DNA of 42,719 nt from Patescibacteria group bacterium. Lineage in GTDB: Bacteria > Patescibacteriota > Minisyncoccia > Phycocordibacterales > UBA2100. Position 1 is the stretch's first letter, and every line of letters starts with the position of its first letter. Positions 18,058-26,884 of this stretch are shown piece by piece. The position numbers were made by a program, and so were the translations under genes. The notes beneath the pieces were generated by a model. It saw only the letters and a program-made list of their open reading frames with translations, was not told where the DNA came from and searched no databases. The DNA lies in contig JBBUFE010000001.1 in the NCBI GenBank assembly GCA_038056635.1, positions 7,686-50,404 on the forward strand, read 5' to 3'.

Positions 18058-18537
18058 ATGCAATTCCAAGTCCCGCAGTTTATTGAAGTTGAAGATAAGA
18101 TTTTCGGTCCTCTCACCTTCAGACAATTCGTTTATTTGGCGGGAGGGGCAGGGGCATGCTATGTGCTTTGGCGAATTTTCCCGTCCTACATCGCGGCTCC
18201 TCTTATTTTGGGCACTGGCGGACTGGCTGTTGCTCTTGCTTTCTTGCAATACAACGGCAGACCTTTTATAAGCGCCCTTGAGCACGGATTCTACTTCCTA
18301 ATAAAGACCAAGCTCTATCTGTGGAGCAATAAGACTGCGCAAATTAAGAAAGGGGTCCGCGATGAGGAGGCCGAAAACCGCGTCATTAGGAAACCGCTTG
18401 CATATATTCCAAAACTATCAGGCAGCAAACTGCATGAACTCGCATGGAGCTTGGACATCAAGGAACGCATCGCCGCCGGCGTCGCAAGCGAAGACGAGCT
18501 TGGGTCCGACTCGGTGATGCCGATGAGCAGGCAATAG
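18058..18537 (+). CDS. PrgI-family (VirB3-like) T4SS membrane protein
   Basis: MQFQVPQFIEVEDKIFGPLTFRQFVYLAGGAGACYVLW is followed by a second hydrophobic helix, the typical PrgI N-terminal signature. The gene lies just upstream of virB4. Confidence 0.7.
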   Translation: MQFQVPQFIEVEDKIFGPLTFRQFVYLAGGAGACYVLWRIFPSYIAAPLILGTGGLAVALAFLQYNGRPFISALEHGFYFLIKTKLYLWSNKTAQIKKGVRDEEAENRVIRKPLAYIPKLSGSKLHELAWSLDIKERIAAGVASEDELGSDSVMPMSRQ

Positions 18538-18660
18538 AAATTAGGCAATGGGGAATAGTGAAATACATAAAACGGATTCAAATATAAAAGTATGCAAACG
18601 CAAAAACATCCCAGCCTCTGTATCGAGTCAAACTTTTGCCTAGTGCCTTTTGCCTAGCGC
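18529..18660. repeat. inverted 14-mer (2x7) arrays
   Basis: The left array is AGGCAATAGAAATT AGGCAATGGGGAAT (18529-18556) and contains the PrgI stop. The right array is CTTTTGCCTAGTGC CTTTTGCCTAGCGC (18633-18660). The AGGCAA and TTGCCT cores are complementary. Confidence 0.6.
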
Positions 18661-18669
18661 TTATTCTAT

Positions 18670-19341
18670 ATGCCGAATCTTAAAACCAACGCCCCAAGCA
18701 GCAAATCCACGCAGGAATTCGTCCCTGTGCGCGAAGTGCGAGACGGAACTATTGTTTTAAAAGATGGCGGGCTCCGCGCCGTGCTTCTTGCCTCCTCGAT
18801 AAACTTCGCGCTTAAGTCGGAGGACGAGCAGACGGCATTTATTTCCCAGTTTCAGAACTTTCTGAACTCGCTCGATTTTTCAGTGCAAATTTTCGTAGAG
18901 TCCCGCATGCTTGATATTCGTCCCTACGTAGCAACATTGGAAGCGGCATTCAAAGAACAGCTCGACGACTTGATGCGAATTCAGATTCGCGAGTATATAG
19001 AGTTCGTCAGAAGTTTCGCCGAGTCGGCGAACATCATGACTAAAAACTTCTTCGTGGTCGTGCCATACTCTCCGACGGCAATCGGCAGGGTAACCGGGCA
19101 TTCATCAATCTTTCCGTGGGGTCAAAAGAAAGGGGGCGCCTCCGAAGCAGAGAGCCGGTCGTTCGGCGAGCAAGTGTCCCAGCTTGAACAGCGCGTGGCG
19201 ATTGTCCAGCAAGGGCTAGTGCGGACAGGCGTACGCACGGTGCAGCTGGGAACCGAGGAAGCGATAGAGCTTTTGTATAAATTGTTCAACCCCGGCGAGG
19301 AGGGAAAGCCGATGCCGTTGGAAACAGCTTCTAGAGGCTAG
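18670..19341 (+). CDS. T4SS-associated protein resembling the N-terminal domain of Gram-positive VirB4/TraE-type ATPases
   Basis: 223 aa. The pattern VPVREVRDGTIVLKDGGLRAVLLASSINFALKSEDEQTAFISQFQNFLNSLDFSVQIFV is recalled from memory of VirB4-like N-termini and was not searched. The last 4 codons and the stop lie in a CTAG array. Confidence 0.5.
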   Translation: MPNLKTNAPSSKSTQEFVPVREVRDGTIVLKDGGLRAVLLASSINFALKSEDEQTAFISQFQNFLNSLDFSVQIFVESRMLDIRPYVATLEAAFKEQLDDLMRIQIREYIEFVRSFAESANIMTKNFFVVVPYSPTAIGRVTGHSSIFPWGQKKGGASEAESRSFGEQVSQLEQRVAIVQQGLVRTGVRTVQLGTEEAIELLYKLFNPGEEGKPMPLETASRG

Positions 19342-19417
19342 CTTCTAGCTGCTAGAAAATACAAATACCATGCACCACATTACAAACCTAGAACCTAGAA
19401 GCTAGTCCCTAGAAGCT
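19327..19417. repeat. CTAG-heptamer hairpin element (empty form) between the two VirB4-related ORFs
   Basis: The left arm is GCTTCTA GAGGCTA GCTTCTA GCTGCTA (19327-19354), followed by a 33-nt loop. The right arm is CTAGAAC CTAGAAG CTAGTCC CTAGAAG CT (19388-19417). It runs straight into the ATG at 19418. Confidence 0.8.
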
Positions 19418-21358
19418 ATGAGTTTACTCGACATATTCAAAAAGAAAGACACCCGCAGTTCAACCGCGGCCGTTCTTCCTATTTTGCCAGAGGAAATTTA
19501 TGAGGCGGGGATACTTGACCTTCAAGATGTCATCGCTCCGCACGCGCTTAAAATAAGCTCGCGCGAACTCGATTTGGGGGAGAAAATTGCGCGCACATTT
19601 TTCGTCATATCATATCCGCGCTTTCTCACAACCGGCTGGTTCGCTCCAATAATTAACATCGACAAAGTCCTTGATATTTCAATATTCATCCATCCGATGG
19701 ATACAAATGAAATGCTGCGCAAGTTTCAGAAAAAAGTCGCCGAGGTGCAGAGCCAGATATCAACGCGCGAACAAAAAGGCATGGTGCGCGACCCGATGCT
19801 CGACACCGCCTACTCCGACCTTGAGCGCCTGCGCGATTCGCTCCAGCAAGCGCAGGAGCGCGTCTTTGAGGTAGGGTTGTATCTCACGATTTACGGAAAC
19901 ACGCGCGAGGAGATTGATAAAATTGAATCCGAAGTGCGCTCAATCCTTGAATCTCGCCTCGTATATATTCGCCCGGCTCTTTTCCAGCAAGAGCAAGGTT
20001 TTCGCAGCGTCCTACCCCTTGCAAACGATGAATTGAATGTGCACACCAAATTGAATTCCGCTCCGCTTTCATCAATTTTCCCTTTTATATCATTCGACCT
20101 CACTTCCGACCGAGGCATTCTTTACGGCATCAATAGGCATAATTCCTCACTCGTACTCTTCGACCGCTTCTCTCTGGAAAATTACAACTCGGTTACATTT
20201 GCCAAGTCCGGCGCGGGGAAAAGCTATGGGACGAAGCTGGAAATCTTGCGCTCTCTTATGTTCGATGTGGAAGTTATCGTCATCGACCCGGAGCGCGAAT
20301 ATGAATATCTTGCAGAAACTGTCGGCGGCCGGTATTTCAACATCTCGCTTTCTTCGGAACACCACATTAATCCTTTCGACCTCGCCATCCCGCGCGAAGA
20401 CGAAAATCCGGCCGACGTATTGCGAAGCAACATCATTACTCTAGTCGGCTTGTTTAGAATAATGTTGGGCGGGCTTACGCCCGAGGAAGACGCCGTAATT
20501 GATAGAGCAATCACTGAAACATACGCCCTCAAGGACATCACGGCGGAAGCAAACTTCGCATTAATTGAGCCACCCCTTTTGTCCGACTTCGAACTTGTTC
20601 TTTCTGGAATGGAGGGGAGCGATTCGCTAGTTGCCCGGCTTTCCAAATACACAAAAGGCACATGGGCCGGCTTTATGAACCGGCCGACGAACGTGGACAT
20701 GAATAAGAAGTTGGTTGTCTTTTCTGTGCGCGACATGGAAGACGACTTGAAGCCGGTTGCAATGTACATCATCACGCATCACATCTGGAACACGGTGCGC
20801 AAAGAACTTCGCAAGCGCCTCCTCATCATCGACGAGGCGTGGTGGATGATGCGCTCTGCAGACACGGCATCGTTCCTATTCTCAATCGCTAAACGCGGAA
20901 GAAAATATTTCCTCGGAATCTCCACCATCACGCAAGACGTTTCAGACTTCTTGAACTCGCCGTATGGAATACCGATGATTACAAACTCTTCTATTCAATT
21001 GCTTTTGCGGCAATCTCCGACATCTGTTGACCTTGTGCAACAAACTTTCAAGTTGTCAGACGAAGAGAAATATCTGCTTCTTGAATCAGACGTGGGGGAG
21101 GGAATTTTCTTCGCGGGGTTGAAACACGTCGCGATTAAAATAATCGCTTCTTATACGGAAGACCAGATAATCACCTCCGACCCATCCCAAATTCTCGCTA
21201 TCCGCAAAGCGAAGAAGGACCTCGCGGATTCGCACGATGCTGATAATGCGGAGGAACAATTACTGCGAGTTATTGCGCCGGACAAGCCAGCAGTCAAACC
21301 GGCAATGCCAACGCCTGCCGCGTTAACAGAGGACGCGGCCTCCGGTACGGCAAAATAA
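19418..21358 (+). CDS. virB4: VirB4-family type IV secretion ATPase
   Basis: 646 aa with Walker A FAKSGAGKSYG and Walker B RLLIIDEAWWMM. An upstream FFVISYPRFLTTGWFAPI region is typical of the CagE/TrbE/VirB4 domain. Confidence 0.85.
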   Translation: MSLLDIFKKKDTRSSTAAVLPILPEEIYEAGILDLQDVIAPHALKISSRELDLGEKIARTFFVISYPRFLTTGWFAPIINIDKVLDISIFIHPMDTNEMLRKFQKKVAEVQSQISTREQKGMVRDPMLDTAYSDLERLRDSLQQAQERVFEVGLYLTIYGNTREEIDKIESEVRSILESRLVYIRPALFQQEQGFRSVLPLANDELNVHTKLNSAPLSSIFPFISFDLTSDRGILYGINRHNSSLVLFDRFSLENYNSVTFAKSGAGKSYGTKLEILRSLMFDVEVIVIDPEREYEYLAETVGGRYFNISLSSEHHINPFDLAIPREDENPADVLRSNIITLVGLFRIMLGGLTPEEDAVIDRAITETYALKDITAEANFALIEPPLLSDFELVLSGMEGSDSLVARLSKYTKGTWAGFMNRPTNVDMNKKLVVFSVRDMEDDLKPVAMYIITHHIWNTVRKELRKRLLIIDEAWWMMRSADTASFLFSIAKRGRKYFLGISTITQDVSDFLNSPYGIPMITNSSIQLLLRQSPTSVDLVQQTFKLSDEEKYLLLESDVGEGIFFAGLKHVAIKIIASYTEDQIITSDPSQILAIRKAKKDLADSHDADNAEEQLLRVIAPDKPAVKPAMPTPAALTEDAASGTAK

Positions 21359-22392
21359 TGAATACTTTGCTGACAAAAAACGGTTTTTTTGCTACCGCCT
21401 TTGCAATGGTTGTTTTATTTGGAACTTTGTTTTTTGCAACAAGCCCAGCTTCCGCCCAATTTTTGAGCGGGAGAGGGGCGCGCATCTTTCTTTCCTTGAG
21501 TCCGGAACATCCTCAACCCGGGGAGAATGTGCGCATCACAGCTGACAGTTCGCTTATAGACCTCTCCCGGAGCGACATAGAGTGGTCTGTTGACGACGAG
21601 ATTATTACGCGGAGCTCTGGACAAAAGGAGGCAAGCATAACCGCCGGCCCATTGGGCTCCGAAGCGCGCGTGTCTGTCGTGGCGCGTTCATTAGACGGGA
21701 CACTCGCATCCGGAGAAGCCTTTATCCGCCCTGCAGAGATTGATATCTTATGGGAATCGAGTTCGTACGTTCCGCCTTTTTACCGAGGGCGAGCGCTTCC
21801 CTCGGCGGGAACTTTCGTTCGCGCACATGCAATCGTTCGCTTCAAACCTGAACGCGAAACACAGATATCCGGGAGCGACATTATTTTCACATGGAAGCGC
21901 AACGGTTCTGTCGTACAATCTGCTTCCGGAAGAGGAAGGTCGTCCGCGCTCCTCTCCGCGCCAACGCTTTTCGGCGTTGACACTATAGAAGTTAATGCGG
22001 TCACAATCGATGGCGCGCTTGAGGGGCAAGAGTCGGTGCGCATCCCGTCTATTGAGCCCGTACTTACGCTCTATAAAGACCACCCGTTATTTGGAATCAT
22101 GTACCATCAGGCGCTTACTGATACAACATTCGTCCCAGATATAGAAATGGCATTTGCGGCAGTGCCCTATTTTGCCGAGGCTAAAAGCCCGGACGACCCG
22201 CGCCTCATTTATTCCTGGCGCATCAATGGAAATGATGTTGCCGCGGACGAATCGAAGAGAAGCTCGCTCACGATTAATGCTGATAAATCGGCTGGCGTCG
22301 CTCAAATTGGTATTTCTCTCAAACACGCGACTAATTGGTTCATGCAATCTTCCGGTGCATGGGAAATTACTTTCGGCTCTCCGATTAAATAG
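21358..22392 (+). CDS. secreted protein, unknown function
   Basis: 344 aa with the signal peptide FFATAFAMVVLFGTLFFATSPASA. The start overlaps the virB4 stop (TAATG). Confidence 0.6.
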   Translation: MNTLLTKNGFFATAFAMVVLFGTLFFATSPASAQFLSGRGARIFLSLSPEHPQPGENVRITADSSLIDLSRSDIEWSVDDEIITRSSGQKEASITAGPLGSEARVSVVARSLDGTLASGEAFIRPAEIDILWESSSYVPPFYRGRALPSAGTFVRAHAIVRFKPERETQISGSDIIFTWKRNGSVVQSASGRGRSSALLSAPTLFGVDTIEVNAVTIDGALEGQESVRIPSIEPVLTLYKDHPLFGIMYHQALTDTTFVPDIEMAFAAVPYFAEAKSPDDPRLIYSWRINGNDVAADESKRSSLTINADKSAGVAQIGISLKHATNWFMQSSGAWEITFGSPIK

Positions 22393-22394
22393 CT

Positions 22395-23630
22395 ATGCCT
22401 GTAAACAAAAACATCTTAAAATATCCCCTCGTTGCTATTGTGGCGCTTCTTCTCGCCGGACTCGCCGCATGGTATTTCTTTCTTGACAAACAAGCGCAAA
22501 CTATTACATCGGGCGACTCCGCGCGAGGACTCGGGACAAGCGCTCCATCATTTGGAAGCGCTATCGGAAGCACTTATAGCAACATCGTCTCTGGCATTAC
22601 AGCTTTAGTGGGAGGAGCGGGCACAGAGCCAGCGAGCAAAATTCCTCCGCAGTTATGGCGCGTTACCAAGACCCCTGTTGCAGGAATGGGGTTCGTCGGA
22701 AGCGCCACCTCATCCAAGCTATATTTTGCCGAACGGTCCACGGGATATATTTTAGAAGCCGACCCGAAAACAGGGGCGCTCGTACGCCTTACGAACAAGC
22801 TCTTCCCCAAGACCTACGAGGCGGTATTCAGTCGGGACGGCTCTGTCGTTCTCCGCTCTATTAACGAAGACGGGGGTGTAGATAGTTTCGCCGGTTCTTT
22901 AGCGAGCACTTCAGTGCTTGCGGGAAACTATCTGACGCGCAACATCCGCGCGATTGTGCCTGACCCTGAAACACATGGGCTTTTATACATGGTGAAAAAT
23001 GATACCGGGGAGGGAGTCGCTGTGCGTTCATCGTGGAGCGGCGCCAAACCAAAAATTGTCTTTACATCGCCCCTGTCTAGCTGGAAACTCACCTCGCTGG
23101 ATGACGGGCGCACATTTTTCACTTTACAGCCAGCTGACAATGTGCCCGGTTTTGCGTACGAATTGAAAAGTAGCGGGTCGCTCGTGCCGGAAATACAGGA
23201 TGTTCCCGGGCTAACGTTTTTGCCGCGCGCTTCCTCAACGGCAATCCTATATGGAGCGTCGGCTGGCGGGACTCTGAATCTTTTCGCAAAAGCGAGCGAT
23301 AAAGGGCAAATTTTCCCTCTCTCCATAAGAACGGTCGCTGACAAATGCGTGTGGGACCTTTCAAATAAGCAACTGATTGTATACTGCGCTGTTCCGCAGT
23401 TCGTTGTTTCAAATACATTCCTCAATGACTGGTATCGAGGGGTCACACACACGAGCGATTCGTGGTGGCGCGCAGACGCGAACGACGGCACTGTGGAATT
23501 AGTCTTTTCGCCGAGCGAGGGAGATGAATCTCTCGACGTGGAAAATCCCGTCATAGACGCGAGCGGAGAGCATATCGCTTTCATGAACGCGGTGGACAAG
23601 ACTCTGTGGCTTTTGCGAATATCTAAATAA
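22395..23630 (+). CDS. membrane-anchored protein, unknown function
   Basis: 411 aa with the N-terminal TM helix YPLVAIVALLLAGLAAWYFFL. The remainder is beta-rich-looking with no motif I can name. Confidence 0.55.
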   Translation: MPVNKNILKYPLVAIVALLLAGLAAWYFFLDKQAQTITSGDSARGLGTSAPSFGSAIGSTYSNIVSGITALVGGAGTEPASKIPPQLWRVTKTPVAGMGFVGSATSSKLYFAERSTGYILEADPKTGALVRLTNKLFPKTYEAVFSRDGSVVLRSINEDGGVDSFAGSLASTSVLAGNYLTRNIRAIVPDPETHGLLYMVKNDTGEGVAVRSSWSGAKPKIVFTSPLSSWKLTSLDDGRTFFTLQPADNVPGFAYELKSSGSLVPEIQDVPGLTFLPRASSTAILYGASAGGTLNLFAKASDKGQIFPLSIRTVADKCVWDLSNKQLIVYCAVPQFVVSNTFLNDWYRGVTHTSDSWWRADANDGTVELVFSPSEGDESLDVENPVIDASGEHIAFMNAVDKTLWLLRISK

Positions 23631-23631
23631 T

Positions 23632-24534
23632 ATGAAAAGGGTTCTCTCGCTTGCGATGGCATATGTAATTCTTCCTGCGTTACTGCTCACTCTTTTTGCC
23701 GTTCTTATTGCTCCGTATTTTGCGCACGCGGCAGAAGAATGTAAGGCAGGATTCTGTCCGCTTGCGAGCGTTGACAACTCCCCTAAACTTCGCGCTCTCT
23801 ATGACAGCGACCAGAACCTAGTTACATACATAAACTCGCTTTTCAAAATCGCCATCTCCGTTGGAGCAATCATTGCTGTCATACGCCTTGGAATTGCCGG
23901 CTACGCGTATATGGGAGGAGATATGTGGGGCACCAAACAGAAAGCTAAGGAAATTATTACCGATGTCTTTTTCGGGCTCCTGCTTCTTTTGTCCATATGG
24001 ATTATTCTCTACCAGATAAATCCAAACCTGCTCAATTTAAATATAGCCTTTCCAGGCGCTGTAGCCGCCCCTCCCCCCTCTGCCGCTTTTCCCAGGCCTT
24101 CGGCGCCAAGAAACCAGGCCGCTCTTGATAAAATTTTGGAGGACGAAGACGTAAAGAGGGCGACCCTTAGGGGCTCCGGAATCAGAATAAATAAAAATCC
24201 TTGTTATAAAGTCACGGACACAGAGTGCACTAATGTCGGACTGCTCGGCGTGAGCGCCGTCACGGGTCTTCAGAACCTCTATCGAGACTGCCGCTGTTCC
24301 GTTGTGGTTTCCGGCGGGACAGAGTGGTTTAGGCACGGAAAAAATACCGCGCATGGACCCAATTCTCCAGTCGTTGATATTTTGAAAGACAAAGAAGACA
24401 AAGGGGGGCTGGATAGATATATCCGGACCAACGGAACAATAACAGGGCGGGATTCCCTAGGCAGGGCAATCTATTCTCTGGGCGAAGGCAGATTCTTGGA
24501 TGAAGATTCCGCGCATTGGCACGTAATGTTCTAG
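23632..24534 (+). CDS. VirB2/TrbC-like pilin domain fused to a putative LAS/M15-type zinc peptidase domain
   Basis: A signal peptide is followed by two hydrophobic helices (IAISVGAIIAVIRLGIAGYAYM and VFFGLLLLLSIWIILYQ), as in T4SS pilins. A Pro-rich linker follows. The C-terminal domain has SGG...H-x7-D (AHGPNSPVVD) and a terminal HWH (HxH). Confidence 0.5.
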   Translation: MKRVLSLAMAYVILPALLLTLFAVLIAPYFAHAAEECKAGFCPLASVDNSPKLRALYDSDQNLVTYINSLFKIAISVGAIIAVIRLGIAGYAYMGGDMWGTKQKAKEIITDVFFGLLLLLSIWIILYQINPNLLNLNIAFPGAVAAPPPSAAFPRPSAPRNQAALDKILEDEDVKRATLRGSGIRINKNPCYKVTDTECTNVGLLGVSAVTGLQNLYRDCRCSVVVSGGTEWFRHGKNTAHGPNSPVVDILKDKEDKGGLDRYIRTNGTITGRDSLGRAIYSLGEGRFLDEDSAHWHVMF

Positions 24535-25058
24535 ACGGTGTATTTGATTACTACTCTGCGATTCCGCCCTTCTCCAAGCGACTCTGTTTTAACATTCGGC
24601 GCATCAGTAAGCGCTGTGTGGATTATGAGACGCTCGTACGCGCTCATGGGCGATAGCTCGACATCGTATTGAAAAGACCTTGCTCGCTCGGCCATCATAA
24701 GAGCTTTCGCTTGCAGGTCCCTGATTTGTTTCGCACGGTAGTCATTGACATCCACGAGAAAATACAGCCCCTGGTGAGACAAATGGGAACTGTCCTTTTG
24801 CGCCCCAGTGCCGTCTTCTGTATTTGCATCTGCTGTTACTGCTTGCTGAACTGGCGGCAATCTCTTCTCTACAATTTTTTTGACAAGATGGTCGATGGCA
24901 TAAACAGTATCTCCGTGCATGCCGATAAGGTTTCGGGCGTCGTCCGTTTGAATTGTAAACACAATCTGTCCTGCGACCTCGGACTTCTCTATATCTGAAT
25001 ATGAGGCCCCAAAAGCGCCGAGCAGTTCCTTAAGCGTTGTGTGAATTGTAGTTTCCAT
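24531..25058 (-). CDS. jag: Jag/KhpB-type KH + R3H RNA-binding protein
   Basis: 175 aa with the C-terminal R3H motif SAYERLIIHTAL...GEGRNRRVVI. It sits downstream of yidC in the conserved rpmH-rnpA-yidC-jag order. Confidence 0.8.
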   Translation of the reverse strand: METTIHTTLKELLGAFGASYSDIEKSEVAGQIVFTIQTDDARNLIGMHGDTVYAIDHLVKKIVEKRLPPVQQAVTADANTEDGTGAQKDSSHLSHQGLYFLVDVNDYRAKQIRDLQAKALMMAERARSFQYDVELSPMSAYERLIIHTALTDAPNVKTESLGEGRNRRVVIKYTV

Positions 25059-25097
25059 ATGCCCGGCACTATATTACACTTCGTTTGAAAATGCGAA

Positions 25098-25231
25098 CCC
25101 CGACACCAAATTTGGCATCATTGTGCGTGGAATCTTTTTCGCACCAAGGCACAGATATGTCGGCTGTTCTCCAGCTAACCGCTCCCATGCGATGGCACAA
25201 CAGAAGACACAATGCCAAAATTGGTGTGGGG
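25098..25231. mobile_element. MITE-like element, copy B (134 bp)
   Basis: The TIRs are CCCCGACACCAAATTTGGCATCATTGTGCG and CACAATGCCAAAATTGGTGTGGGG. A perfect 5-bp direct repeat, GCGAA, lies at 25093-25097 and 25232-25236. Confidence 0.7.
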
Positions 25232-25250
25232 GCGAACCCGCACACTCATT

Positions 25251-25982
25251 CTAGGAGCGAAATCTGCGCCCCATCGAATATTCTTGGGCAATCATAAATG
25301 TATTGCTGACAACCCAATATAGCGGCGCGGCGGCAGGTATCGTGTAGGCGATAACGCCGACTATGACAGGCAGAACATAGCGCATTTGAAGGTCGAGGCT
25401 TTTCGCCATGTCTCCGCCGAATGTGCCATCTGACGGTCCTCGTTTTTTGCGCACCCCCATTGTGAGACGCGTGTATGCGATCTGGGTTACGGCCGCGAGC
25501 AGGGCTAACAGCAAGCTTTTCCCACCGATGTTTATTAGCCCCAAAAATTCCATGTTTATACTTTCCGGAATATGTACTAGTGGATAGAGTAGTCCGGCAT
25601 TCACTTCTGGCAGGCCTCCCAGCGCAAATATCCAGTAAAGCGCAAACAGTATAGGAAGTTGTACAAGGATTAGTCCAAAACTCGCGAAAGGATGAATGTC
25701 GCGTTCGCGATAAAGCGCGAAGATGGCGCGCCCTTGTTCTTCGCGATTATTTTTGTATTTCACTTTAAGCGCCTCAAGGTCAGGAGCGATTTTCTTCATC
25801 TGTGCTTGTGCGACTGACGCTCGACGCGCCAGAGGAAAGAGGATTATGCGCACGATGATTGTGAGCACTACGACCGCAAGCCCCACGTCGTGGGTTGGCA
25901 GATATCCGACGAGAAACACGAGTCCGTTGTAGAGCGGGTCATAGATTAATGCATGAAATATCGCGGACCACATTCCGAGCAT
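25251..25982 (-). CDS. yidC: YidC/Oxa1-family membrane protein insertase
   Basis: The motifs are IYDPLYNGLVFL, VVVLTIIVRIILFPL and KMKKIAPDLEALKVKY, with multiple TM helices. I placed the start at the ATG at 25982. Alternatives are the ATG at 25973 and the TTG at 26096. Confidence 0.85.
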   Translation of the reverse strand: MLGMWSAIFHALIYDPLYNGLVFLVGYLPTHDVGLAVVVLTIIVRIILFPLARRASVAQAQMKKIAPDLEALKVKYKNNREEQGRAIFALYRERDIHPFASFGLILVQLPILFALYWIFALGGLPEVNAGLLYPLVHIPESINMEFLGLINIGGKSLLLALLAAVTQIAYTRLTMGVRKKRGPSDGTFGGDMAKSLDLQMRYVLPVIVGVIAYTIPAAAPLYWVVSNTFMIAQEYSMGRRFRS

Positions 25983-26158
25983 TGTAACCGCTAGAATTAT
26001 TTCGGCTAGTTTTTTGAAAAAACTCTTCCTGTGATGTACAGAAAAGGTTCTCGCGTGAAGTTGCGCATGTTCACCGAAAACGCGCCCCTGACGCAAGCCG
26101 AAATTCCACTAACCGGGTGTAGCGGGATTTACAGCAAAGACTACTGCCGGTGAAAACT

Positions 26159-26512
26159 TTAACGCGCCATCAATTTCTGAACGAGTTTAGACATGTCTTT
26201 TTCTATTTCCTCGTAAGACGCGTCTTTTGCATTCCTGTTTGCGTAAAACACTAACGCAAGCGGTTCTTTAATATCTGCAATCAACCTCCGCGCCGCATCT
26301 CGACACCGGCGTTTAATTAGATTCCTATCGACAGCCCTCGCTGCAACTTTTTTAGAAACAACGCACGCGACGCGGGGGCACCCCTCCTGCGGACCAGGAA
26401 TGCTTCCATGCGACAAAGCAAAATATGTTCCGCGCTCGCGCCGAAAGCGGGAATTTGCCATTAATTCAAAGTCAGCGTGAGAAAGCCCGTGCTTTTTTGA
26501 CTTTTTTGGCAT
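26159..26512 (-). CDS. rnpA: ribonuclease P protein component
   Basis: 117 aa and basic, with RNLIKRRCRDAAR (RNR-type motif). It lies immediately downstream of rpmH. Confidence 0.85.
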   Translation of the reverse strand: MPKKSKKHGLSHADFELMANSRFRRERGTYFALSHGSIPGPQEGCPRVACVVSKKVAARAVDRNLIKRRCRDAARRLIADIKEPLALVFYANRNAKDASYEEIEKDMSKLVQKLMAR

Positions 26513-26607
26513 CAATGAAAATTTTTATCTGTCGAGGATAGCGAGTGAAGCGAAAGAGTGCCCTCTTTCGCTTCCGAGCGGCGCAGACAGCAAAGGTTTG
26601 AAGCCTT

Positions 26608-26742
26608 TCATGCCGAGAGCCGCGCCCGCCCCTTTCTGCGGCGGCGTTTCAGAAGCGCCCGTCCGCTTGTACTCGCGGAGCGAACACGAAATCCGTGCGT
26701 TTTGGCCCGCTTTCTCTTTTTCGGCTGGTATGTTCGTTTCAT
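26608..26742 (-). CDS. rpmH: 50S ribosomal protein L34
   Basis: [44 protein letters not shown] (44 aa) is the L34 consensus. The longer 83-aa ORF on the track is an upstream read-through of repeat DNA. Confidence 0.9.
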   Translation of the reverse strand: MKRTYQPKKRKRAKTHGFRVRSASTSGRALLKRRRRKGRARLSA

Positions 26743-26748
26743 ATAGAA

Positions 26749-26878
26749 GTACCGTGTATGGAGTATAGCGTATGGCGGACAAGAGAGGAAGTATCGCGTA
26801 TGATGTATGGCATATGGCGGGCATGCGATTTTGAATTTTGTATTTCTCCCTCCATACACGATACGCCATACTCCATAT
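26749..26878. repeat. heptamer arrays (GTATNNN x4, x4, then inverted NNNATAC x4) upstream of rpmH and dnaA
   Basis: The first block is GTACCGT GTATGGA GTATAGC GTATGGC (26749-26776). The second is GTATCGC GTATGAT GTATGGC ATATGGC (26791-26818), in the same 7-nt phase. The inverted block is TCCATAC ACGATAC GCCATAC TCCATAT (26851-26878). Confidence 0.75.
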
Positions 26879-26884
26879 AATTCT

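Noticed and set aside
10234-24534. Calling the T4SS-like block an integrative conjugative element
   Set aside because: No relaxase, coupling protein, integrase or bounding att-like repeats are visible. The flanks are core genes (rsmA, jag-yidC).
24531-24534. 4-nt CTAG overlap of the convergent stop codons of the pilin-fusion gene and jag
   Set aside because: A palindromic TAG/CTA overlap can arise by chance at convergent gene ends. There is no array or hairpin here.
25085-25297. Small ORFs encoding ...NAKIGVGA-type peptides (also 37134-37361 and 37225-37434)
   Set aside because: The shared peptide is simply the translation of the MITE terminal inverted repeat. These ORFs have no other support, and some are antisense to real genes.
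26608-26859. 83-aa ORF extending rpmH upstream (…[11 protein letters not shown]…[11 protein letters not shown]…)
   Set aside because: Only the last 44 codons match ribosomal protein L34. The upstream part is a translation of the GTATNNN heptamer arrays, and an ATG at 26742 gives the canonical MKRTYQP start.
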